The notes beneath the pieces were generated by a model. The model ran no database searches. It had not been told where the DNA came from and saw only the letters and a list, made by a program, of their open reading frames with translations. Positions 1-11,557 of a stretch of 64,000 nucleotides of DNA are shown piece after piece. The stretch covers positions 62,001-126,000 of the forward strand of contig JAQGDQ010000410.1 in NCBI GenBank assembly GCA_030141605.1. Reading direction: 5' to 3'. Made by a program: the position numbers and the translations under genes. Numbering within the stretch: the first letter of the stretch is position 1; every line of letters starts with the position of its first letter. Source of the DNA: Tubiluchus corallicola (Eukaryota; Animalia; Priapulida).

Positions 1-2599
1 AATCTTCCGACTTAGCGAAATCGGTACAGCAAAATCCGTAGACCCACAGTCACAAAATTGTTAATCTGCCTATACATTTCGTTTACAGTCCATCCTAATA
101 GTGGGTGATTGATGAATTTAACAACACCACTGCTTTCAATTTATTCAACTTTGTTTACTGTGGAAAAAGTAAGTCTCATTATAATTTTTTTGGTAATTTT
201 AGATGAACAAATCCTCAGAAAACACGCATGTATGTAAACGTGGTCAGGCAAAAAATAATCCAAATATACTCTGAAAATCACATGCTCAGATGAAACAGAA
301 GGCACGCAGTCTAAAATTAAACCTGTCGAGTTTTGGAAAATCATTTGCCTTGCTAGCAAACTGTGTCTAGTCCCCACACACGGATCAACAACCTTATTAC
401 AAAATTTAATGTTTGCCCAGGAATGTACTACTTTGTGCCAACTTTATAAAAAAACGCTGACAGGTCTGGCTTAAGACAAGTTCAGAAGGTCTACTAAACA
501 AAACTTTAAACTGGTAAAAAATTTTAAAAAAATAAATTTTATTTGGAATACCAAACCTGCAGATGTGAGTTTTCGTTAATAAAGACCTATCACTTTACAC
601 TCTGTTATTCCATACCAATGTAGCAAATCGAGCGCACTCGTGAAAATGCTGAAATTTGAACTGAATAAGTGATATACATGCGTATGTACTCGAAATCAAA
701 TCGATCTGTTTTTTCTGCGTTCGTGCATTGTGTAAAAACCTCATCAAATTTTATGACACGCCAGAAGTCAGCTGATAAAAACATTAGTGCCCAAGCAATT
801 TTATATACTTTCTTGCTACATCATGTTAATTCTTAATATTTCATTTTACGGTCACTGGCTTTGTAGTTACTACATGTTCCCAGATTAAGAATAGTTACTG
901 TACATACCAAACAAGCGGGAATGAATACCTTCCCTTGAGTGACAAATTGAGCCGTTTACCTTGAACTAAACGGGTTCAGTCATTTCCCGTCACATAGAGT
1001 AGACTTTGCCCAGTACCTGTGAAATGCTAACTGTGACTTTCAACTGCAAGTCAGCTTAATATGCACGTTCATGAAAAACAAATAAAAATACGATTACGTA
1101 TTATGAGAGATTTGACACATGCGTGCAATGTATAATTTTCGAATTCTCAGATCTTACATTCTAGTTGTAATTAAATATGCATTGCCAAGGCCTACCATAT
1201 GTATATATAATTATTAATATTTCCATATGATAACAGTAGCAAGCGTCTTGAATATCACTAAGTCAACAACATTATGCACGTCTGGTACATTAAATACAGT
1301 GTACCAACAAATAAAACATGCGTATTACGTATATTGCTAAACATTAGTGAATGGCAACTCCATATTAATTTTGATTGTTTCCCTACACAACTGGCTAACC
1401 GTAATGGTTCGGTTGGTTCCTCAAACGACTTGCTTATAATCCACGCTCATATCACAGTCATCAACTCGGCTTTAGATTAAAAAAATTAGGTGACCATTTT
1501 CTTTTTTTCTGAAATGCCCACATAAAGCTTGCAAAACACCATGTAGGACCATGAATGCCAAAGTAATGCCTTCTCCACACGGTTCTTCAGAACATTGACA
1601 GTCAAATGAACGACATTAAAAAACTGAACTCTGAATTTTGAACGTTGACCAGAAATTTTCACATTGACACCACGCTTGAGGATATTATCTTCTCCGACAA
1701 TGACAAACTAAACTCGACACCGACAGTGTCTCGAACAGCGTGGCAGACCTACTACAACCTGGAATTTTTTCTACAAAATTCGTGTCGTCTTGAAATGCGT
1801 CAGGTCCGCGTTTATAGATCTTCTTTGTTCTTTTCCGAATGATGTCTCGTTGTAAGCTTATAATCGTTAAACCGTAACTGCAGAATTTTGAATACTGTAT
1901 AATCATATTCTTTCAGACTCACATAGTACAGAAGGCGCTAAAGCATGATTGATGTGTGTTTTTGTTAACTTAATTCAAAACCTGTCGGAGCACACGAGTA
2001 CGTGAAAAGAAACTAAGCTTCCTGAAAACCAAATGGCTTTATTCCTGTTCATGCCATGAACTGAAGTAATGATTGTCACAAAAGGTTCCATTTCAAATTG
2101 TAAGCGCTAGTATTTTGTTACCTTGTCAACCTGTCAGACAAAATTATAAGTTACGTATTAGTTAATTAACTAAAATGTATAAAATCTAAATATAATCCAG
2201 AATTGCAGCTAAAGTGAAGATATTCACTTGCCATGTAAACTGACCGCTGATTTTTAATCACCTGGTCCAATTAGGTAAGTTCAAGTTATTTGGGTCCCAT
2301 TCAACTTAAATGATTTTGGCTAAATCACAAATGAGGGTGAAAACATTCACTCAACCAACCTGATGCCAGTATCTAACCGGCTACATCCAGGGAAATGGAA
2401 TCACTTGCAAGGACTGAATTTTTGTCCAATGACTTGTTCGGCTGTTTACAAACTAAAGCTGTTTACGTACAACGGAAGGTTTCTGACCTTTCTGAAGGTG
2501 ATAGATCGAACACACCGTTTTCTCTCTTCCTCAAATAAATGAAGCCCAACAGGCAGCTTCACTTCCCACATTGTCAACAACTTTCAAGTCGCGTTGTCG

Positions 2600-2902
2600 T
2601 CCTTTCCAAACGATGAAATCAATACGCAAACAGGACTGCCCGTCCGTCTGCGCGTGGGTTTAAACCGGATGTGACTTGTATTGTGCCCAACACTGGATCG
2701 CTTTCTAGCTTTTATCCTATTAAAGAAGCTGCTGTTGTGGCGGTAATGGGGGCCTGATCACGTGTTCACTGCGAGTCTAGTTGCTTCCTACAAGCTTGTC
2801 TGGCTTCTTGCCAAGAAACGGAAGTTAGTTGCAGAAGACACGTGGATCGATACTACCTACACGCGGACGAGATTTATGGACGCGCAGTTTGCTATTGTAA
2901 GC
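2600..2902 (+). promoter_or_regulatory. Candidate CpG-enriched promoter / upstream exon, probably of the SLC17 gene
   Basis: Local CpG enrichment in an AT-rich background; E-boxes TCACGTG (2758-2764) and CACGTG (2839-2844), ATGTGAC (~2669), ETS-like CGGAAGT (~2820); ends at a donor-like ATT|GTAAGC (GT 2897). The link to SLC17 is inferred from orientation and position. Confidence 0.4.
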
Positions 2903-4024
2903 TGGTGCTGTATATTATGTCTGAATTGGTTTAAAATTGAAAAATAAATCTTGATTAATTTTGATTTATTGTTTTTCTGATAAGCAGGCGTGAACTTTGT
3001 TTCGATAAAACCAAATACTTGACTGTGGACGACACGGGTAGTAACTCTATGTAATTCCATGGAAATATCCCTTAAATGACAGTTTTGCAATTTGAATATC
3101 CAGTTTTTGTTACGATTTGGGGAGACAGTGTTAGGTGCAATTCCTGTTACTGTTACATGTATTCCTATACCTTTATAGGTGTCCCATAGATGGCTTAAAA
3201 CGTGAAATAAAATTATTTTGAACTTGAAGCTGTGCACAATATGCCAAATCATTTTAAGTACTTGAAATGTTGATATTATGTCATTTATTGGCCTATTCCC
3301 TTTATAGGCCTACCCACTATCACACTTAGTGGCGTTATAGTATAATTGTCATTAGTAAGAAACCTCAATTGTTTTCAATATTTAAAATAAATTCTAGTAT
3401 CTCCCCACCTGCTATAAATTAATAATAAATTACGAACTGAGTAAAAGCTTTGTTAGGCTAATTTGGAATAGTAATTTAAACTTCAATGTCTCTGAAAACA
3501 CATATAAGGACTTACGCACTTTTATGCACATGTAGATTCTATAAGAACAGACAGTTGTTTAGAAATAATCTATAAATGAATCAAGCTTAGTTGACGTCCT
3601 ATGCAGTTCAATGTTCTTTCATTGCCATTTGTGATTTTTAAATTAATGCAGACAACTCGAAAAGACTATTTTATTGAACCAAAAAATCGTATGTAAAGCT
3701 TTCAGCCTATAATACTGTTTCTCAGTTTTTAATACTGTGACTGCACGTGGTTAATGGCATTAGTGCACAATAGCGCACTAACCGCAATAGCATATAATTT
3801 TCCGCATAGCTTCTGACGCCATTTTACATTGGTATCCTGCTTAGTACTTGAAGAAATCATTTAAGGTTTTTCCTCGGAGTCGTGTTCGGTTTTTTGCGAA
3901 GCCACTCCAAATTTACAAAGTGAGATGAAATCTTATCTAGTAAGAAAACTCTCCAACTACATCAACAAGCAGTTACGATTCTCAAGAGTGCAGCAGAGGT
4001 GACGCCACATGAACTGTCAGTAGC

Positions 4025-4028
<4 letters not shown>

Positions 4029-4116
<88 letters not shown>

Positions 4117-4120
4117 CTCG

Positions 4121-4214
<94 letters not shown>
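4029..4214. repeat. (CT)n microsatellite with a few CTCG interruptions
   Basis: Directly visible, ~185 bp; it explains the spurious ER/LS-repeat ORFs. Confidence 0.98.
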
Positions 4215-4219
<5 letters not shown>

Positions 4220-6012
4220 CGTTTCTCCTTTTGACTTTCACACACTCTCTGTCTTTCCTTTTGACTCACGCATACTCTTAATCATTATCCATTCCTGCCT
4301 CTCCCCAAAGTCCCTTTACACAGCTTCTTTGAAATGTCCTACACCGCCAATCTCGATAAATCCCAACACACTGGCAGTAAGTGCGAAATACTAATTGCTT
4401 TGGGATTACAATAGGGCAGAATGGATTTTACATTCAATCGATTCAATAATCTTCTGGATTGCTCTTCAAACGAGTATTTCTGGGCGGAATAACAACAACA
4501 CTCAGAGCAATGGCTTCACAAGTTGCGAACTTACGATATGCTGTTCCTGTTGAAATCAACGCTAAATTTCTCGTCTATATAGTGTGCCGTTAAAACGCGA
4601 TGCGATGTCAGGGTTTCTAAAATTTTGAACTTCATTGGAAAATGTGTCTGATTGTACTGAATAGAATAGAGACTTTTGTACCATTAAGCCACACTAAGCT
4701 CGATTGACCTATATAAATTGATATTGAATGTAATAAATTCTGTTCTGAAAAATAATAAAACATAATTAAGTTTGAAACTTTTTGGAAACTGCAAAGTTAA
4801 TTTTAGCTTTTCTCTTCATCATTGTAGATAGTAGTCTTGTAGTTTTGTTTTCGCTCCCCGTAGAGCGTTGTCAATGTTAATGAAGATTTGTTCTAACAGT
4901 ATTGCATGGTTATTTTTAGGATGCTAATTTTCATCATTGACAATTGACAACGCTTTGCCTGGACAGAAACATTTGTTAACTAAAGTTATTCTGTTAATGT
5001 GTCAGAATTTATTGATGAGTAATAACATAGAAAAGTAAAACATGCAAACTGAAATGTGCTTAAAACTTTTCAAACTTAACGGAACCTGTATTTTATAAAG
5101 TGATTTTGTTATTCTGGCTGGCGTGTATTCGGGTACACGTGCATCTTTTGCTTATCTTGGCATATTTTAGCTTTACACGAACTTCTACCTGCTGTATTGA
5201 ATAAATTTTGAAAGTTTGCCAAGACTACAGCAGTTTTTCTCGCCCTGTGCCAACATTAACAACGTGTACTTTCTAGCTCGTGGTCACGTATCTAGGTCAG
5301 TTCGTAAACGAAAATAGCATATGTTTCGTGCATCCTAGTATTTCCATATTTCCACTGCACTCATAACAAGCTCACTAGGTTGGTTATGTCAATACTCGAA
5401 TCTCCACCAGAGCATTCCCGTACAAATGTAGCTGTACAAAATAACTTTCCTGAGAAAAAGGCCTTAAAAACTCTAAGTGTTTCCCATATAACTATTTATT
5501 GATGGACGCATTATATAGAATTGACAGTTAGATCTGTAACTTTTGTGGGTCTAATAATAACTCTAATTAGCTAAACTGAAAGCCGAGAACAAAAAGTATA
5601 AGAAGAAACTGACCAGTTTTTTCATTTTTGATATATTGCTTTTGCCAGCTTGCGAATTGTGAACATTACAAATTATTGACCATGCTAATTATTTTTAAAT
5701 GCATAATAAATTTGTTTTTAGTTTTGATCACTTTCTTTCTTTTGTTATTTTATTACGGCAACACTAAACAACAATACAATATAATAAAGCACGATATGGT
5801 ATAATATTTCATGATATACACGGGATTATATAATTACATTAATATTTTAATAAAATGGACATGATGTGATATTTTGTAAATTGTTCTTGCAGTTATAGTG
5901 AGACCCATTACTCGTGTGACTATAATTAAAATTATCTTAATTAATTACAACTGTAATAAATTTTCAAACTTTAAATTTAAAAAACCTAAATTAAATGATG
6001 ATAATGATAGTG

Positions 6013-6054
6013 TTGGTGGTGGTGGTGGTGGTGGTGGTTGGGGGGGTGGGGGTG
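6013..6054 (+). repeat. (GGT)n / G-run tract with G-quadruplex potential
   Basis: About 8 GGT units followed by two longer G runs. Confidence 0.85.
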
Positions 6055-7661
6055 ATGGATTTGGTGTTGCTGGTAAATGGCGACTGCGTGCATGAAATTC
6101 GTAAATTAGCAATCTTTTGGTGAAATATAAGATATAATGCATGCAGTGTGATTCATCTATTTGGTAAAGGGCAAGTTTATTTGAGAAAGTTTTTTATAAA
6201 TAAAAGAATATGGCGCTAACTTCTGGCCGTTGATCCTTAATTTCCATATGTCGGATAGAGAAATGTGAGCAGCCTCCTAGATTTAGTGGCGCTTATGTCA
6301 AGGCGACGAATGGAAAACAGGCAAAACTGACCAACCTTGACCCGCGGATTTATTACTGGTCAAGTGCAGACTTAATACCTCCTTTTCCTACCCGGCACAG
6401 TGTTTCTGATTTAATTCCAATATTTAATTAATTGCCTTTGGGTGATGAAAGGCCTTTACGTCTAATGTAATAATAGCAGCTGCATTAATCCTCAGAAACT
6501 GGCAACTTAATCAGGCGAGAAAAGAGAAGTTTCGCTCAGAATGCTTTTATTTGTTGTTGCACCAAAATTCGCCTGCCTTTCTTGGTATTAATTTGATTTT
6601 CCCGTGAAACTGTCCAGGTTGATAAAGGTCTTAAGTCCGATTGTCAAGGAGTTCTACACATTTCAGAAATTTTCGTCTGTGTAGCATTTTATTGTTACGC
6701 ATATTTTCCTACACTTGATCGCAAGCAATATAAAATGGTGTAAATTAAAACTGAGACCAAAGCAGTGTAGACTTCACTGTTTTTGGCGAACCAGTTTACG
6801 GGCCATTTTGCTGAATATATTAATAGGGTACTCGTTTATTTGCTTGTTTTTTTATCAACAGATGTCACCAGAGTACTTATACTATTATTACCAGTACTGT
6901 TTACAGTGTTGTCATTCGATTAACTAGAGCTATTGTGTTTTTGGTTAGGTTGATGAACGTAAGTTCGATTATATGCACTAGTGCTCACTACATTTCCTGC
7001 AATTACATAACACACAGTGCTTACAAATATCAATATTTGTTTGGATTACTTCACAAGTGTTGTGCTGCATGTGCAAATAGACCCGACTCCACTTGTGTGC
7101 CTTTTATATTTACATTCCTTTCTAAGTTCATTCATTATCGATTTGTTATTTGTTTATCAAATATAGAAACGTGCGCTAAGTTCAAAGGAAAATCCAACGA
7201 GCGACTTAATATTTTTTCTCTTAACTCATTAGTGAATTTCGTTTTTAAGGAAATATTCTATTTTGCTGTTTGAACATATTTTGCCGTACTTTAGCTTATA
7301 TTTTGGGTTTGTAAGGTCATGGTGGTGGTCTTTCATTGCAAATGGCAGAAACCTTACATTACATTACGTATACAGTCGTCGGTCGTATAATGTCATCTAC
7401 TTTTATTACGATAAGAGAGACAATTTGTACTACAGAAAGGGTAGGATGTGCTTGCTGAAGCCCGTTAATCTAAAATTAAAATTGAAGAAATTCATACACG
7501 TGAAAAAATGAGAAGTGAGAGGAAAACAACTAGCAGGAAGGAAAATAAGAATATGCTAGTGGAAAGTGGTGAGGAACGAAAACGGTACAAGTTATACGAT
7601 ATTGGCTTCCAAATGCGTTCACTAATTATCCTCATTTAATCCTACTTCCATTTTTTCTTCC

Positions 7662-10600
7662 ATGCGTCCAGATACTTCGGAGGAAAGTACAATACGTAAG
7701 TACGCCTCTATGGGCTCACCAAACTGGTGTGATTTATTATATTTAACTCGTTTACGCCTTTGTTCTGCTTATTTATACTTAGCAGTTCATTTGAATTCAT
7801 TTATAGGCGCATTTTAAGCAAACCTGATTCAATGTCACTTTTATTTTTTAATTGACGTTTTTTTTCTTAAATATTATTTTGTGGTGTCATTAATGTATTT
7901 GCCTGTGTTAGATTTGCTTATGCACTGTCATGCTGTGAACCTTGCAGTGAAGTAAAACATCACTCATCCTGGTTTTTTGTGTCCTCGTTGATACTTTTTC
8001 CAATGCAGTGATTTTAACTACTCTATCTCGCGCTGTTTTCCCTCCTCCCTTTTTCATCCACAGTTATATGTTCAAACATCTAATCATTTTTATATGTACT
8101 TAATATTTTACAGAAGTGCTATACTTTGGCGAATATATTAAAGTTCAGGTTAAGGTGGCCTATAACTGTTTCACTTTACTGAAAGATATCGAAAGCTTTT
8201 GCTTTTCACGGGCTACTGTGACTTCTACGCCAAAAATTATCGTGGTATTGATCTATGCTGGTGTGAATGAACTTTGTTTGTCCCTATGTAGGTAATACCA
8301 CAATCGTAAAATAGGCACTTGGTCTGTCGTATTGCTCAGTGCATGTGGTGTACCTGCTCTTCATAGTAAATCGGAATTTTTCAGAGCTGTTACTGAACAT
8401 TGCTGCTTCTTTTTTTTATAGAGGATGTTCCGGTGTCAGATACACAGTTGCGTCTGGTATAGCAATTTAACAAATTCATGTTTTACAGCCCTGGCATAAA
8501 ATAAACTTGGCATGTACAACTAAAATTTAATTCATTTTTCAGCACCACTATGCTGCTCAAGTCGTTTGATGGTATCCTTCCTGGCTTTTCTTGGTTGCAT
8601 CAATTTGTATGCCCTGCGGGTCAACCTCAGCGTTGCCATAGTCTGCATGGTGGCTGATGTCAACACTACAACCAATGAAACCTTGAATACCAATAACACA
8701 GAACCTCCAGTTGATGATATGTGCCTCACACAGACTGCTACTTCACGAGGAGAAGAAATGGTTAGAGATTTTTGTTAGTTTTTGTTTGCCGATTAGGGTA
8801 CGAAATTATTCAGCTTGAGAAGGGACGGAGCGGTAGAGCTTTTTTTGTAGCACATCTTCTGTCCAAGTCACTTCCAAGTTAGGGCCGTTGAATTCTTTTA
8901 ACCCTTTTGGAGTTTAATGTTATATCAACCCAAATAACTTTTCTAATTGCTACTTGATAAGTATGTTATAATGGTCTGACCAAACTTCGCATTCTATTAT
9001 TTACATTATCTCAAAATGTAAATACCTAAACTAAGGTTGACGTCAATTAGTCGCTTGTTTAATCAGGGTGGAATTAATTATATCAAATTATCATTCCAGG
9101 AAGGAGAATTTTACTGGGACAAGGAAACTCAAGGAGTTATCCTTGGTGCTTTCTTCTGGGGCTATCTCTGGACACAGATTCCTGGCGGATGGTTAGCAGA
9201 AAGATATGGTGCCAAGCGAGTGTTCGGTTATTGTATGTTACTGGCTGCCATAGCTACTCTGCTAACACCAGTAGCTAGTCGATTCAACTGGAAGATGTTC
9301 GTAGCCTTGCGAGTCATCATTGGCCTGGGATCAGTTAGTATATGTACTTTTACAAATTTCAATTAAAATTTTGAAGAGTTGTGTGATGGGGAAAAAGCAC
9401 AAACTTTTCACATGTACCAATTGTATACAAGATAAGCAAGATCTGCTGCGCTCAGCCACTTTCTAAAAACTTAACTTTCATAAGGTAACTAGCTAGCAAA
9501 TTGTGTTATGTTGAAAGCACAACCAAAAAATAATCTATAACATCTTTCCACACAACTCATATAATTAATCTTAAGTTTCAGTGCGTTACTTCTTTTAGTA
9601 GAATTGCATGTGACTATAGACAAACATAAAAAATTCTTCTCGTTAATTTGTTCGTTGCGGACTGATGGAACAAAATTTGCGAACAAAAAAACCAATGCAA
9701 TTTTGTCTTGAAATCTGCAAAAGTTGCCAGGGATATTCGAAAAGTGAATTCAAAATGCAAAAAAAATCAGTAGTTTAAGGGTCTGTTGCAAATGTCATTG
9801 AAGTAGTCTTTGTATGCTCACAAATTCTCCTTCAGGCCAAGAGGTTCGTTATCTTTTGCAATTCTTCTCTTCTTTCTCATATACATTCGAATCTGCCCAA
9901 GTTCACCTACGGTATTTACACAAAACATCATTTAATCATGGACGACTGTTAATCATGAATTGACACTTGTGCTGATTTTTTTCAGGCTGTTGCCTTTCCA
10001 TCTCTGCATTCCATGTTTTCTCACTGGGCTCCGCCATTGGAAAGAACTAAACTTATTGCTTTTGCTTATGCAGGTGAGCAAACTGAACACAAAGCAAATT
10101 ATGTGCATCTAAAATTTTATTAAACGTAAAGCCAGAATGAGTGAATTATTTATAAAGAATGGTAGTGCATTTGACTTTGACTTTGACCTTGTCTCAAAGA
10201 AGCCCTTGGGGAAAAAATTCTCTTAGCTGGTGTAACCGTGTTTTTGAAAACTAGTTGAGTTTTCACACTGTTTTTGCTGAATATTGATTAAATCTTTCAC
10301 ATTTTATGCACTGAAACTGGGCTGCAGCAAATCGAAATCATGGCTACTTCTGATTTTACTCATCATATTTTCAAATTTTTACATTTAAAAATAATATGAT
10401 GCCCCAACTGTTTAACTGATACATGAGTGAACCTTCTGTTTTACACAATTATCACACTCGTTTTGCCTCAAATAATAGTATGAGTGTAGTAAGATATAGT
10501 ACAAACAAAGCCCAGTGCTCTCTTAAATATCAAGGCCCCCATATCTGGAACTCTATTCCCCAAGAAATTAAAAACAAATCAGTTTATTGTCTTATCAGTA

Positions 10601-11512
10601 ATTATAAAGAAAACTTAATATCTCAGTATTCATCTTTGTAGATCTATGATATGCTAAAAGTAATTTACATTTTTGCTGAACTAACTATAATTTAAATAAC
10701 TACTATTTTCCTTACTTCCATTTAAGTTGAAATCCTTGTAGTAGAGCTAACTCTGTTATTTCTAATAAGTTTTTCTATTATAAGTAAATTAAATTCACTA
10801 ATAATCTCAACTGATGCTACTCAAGTTGATATTGCATTTCATTTATTTAAATAATATATAAATTAAATACTAAGGAGCTATTCACAGTGAATCCGGTTAT
10901 TACAATGCCTCATTTATATATATATATTACAGATAATATATATAATATATATATATATATACAGATAATTTGCGTCACGCTGTACAAATTCTTCAGTAAG
11001 CATTGCGGCTCAAATGTATGTTATGGTGGTAAGGTACACCTTTTGTATATCTTTAATATTATGCACACATACATGTTTATCCACTTTTGCTAGCTACAAG
11101 CAAAAAATTATTTTTTTTCTTCCTTTGGCTCTAGGTCCTCATAATATTAATTTTAAATATTTTTAATTATTATTTAAAGATAGTCACTTGTGTCTCTTCT
11201 TTCCCATTATTAAACATTATTTTATTATAAACTAACACAATCGTATAATAATTCAATTTTCATTCTTCTTAAATGCAAAATCTGATGATTTTTTATTACC
11301 TGGTACATGCGCATTAATTAATTAATTATATTAGTAACAATTCTGAGAGGATGGCTGATAACTTATAGTTCTTTCGCCACCCTTTCACCACTAATCAATA
11401 ATTACTTTTGCACTTTGTAATATTATTGTATGTTGTACAGAATTATAAATCTCTAAGTTATGTATTTTGCTATTTTAAAAATGGTGTTAAACTAATAAAC
11501 TTACTTACTAAA

Positions 11513-11557
<45 letters not shown>

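Noticed and set aside
141-420. Minus-strand open frame of ~90 codons
   Set aside because: No recognisable motif and no convincing splice sites or start.
1510-1842. Possible decayed LINE C-terminus (CPHKAC...LEDIIFSD)
   Set aside because: Stops, frameshifts and only vague similarity; cannot be supported.
3982-4394. ER- and LS-repeat ORFs
   Set aside because: Translations of the (CT)n microsatellite.
5898-6142. Poly-Gly / poly-Pro ORFs
   Set aside because: Produced by the (GGT)n tract.
8422-8456. Acceptor plus short exon upstream of SLC17 exon 8543
   Set aside because: Weak donor; readings from its ATG or from the 2876 ATG give the wrong phase.
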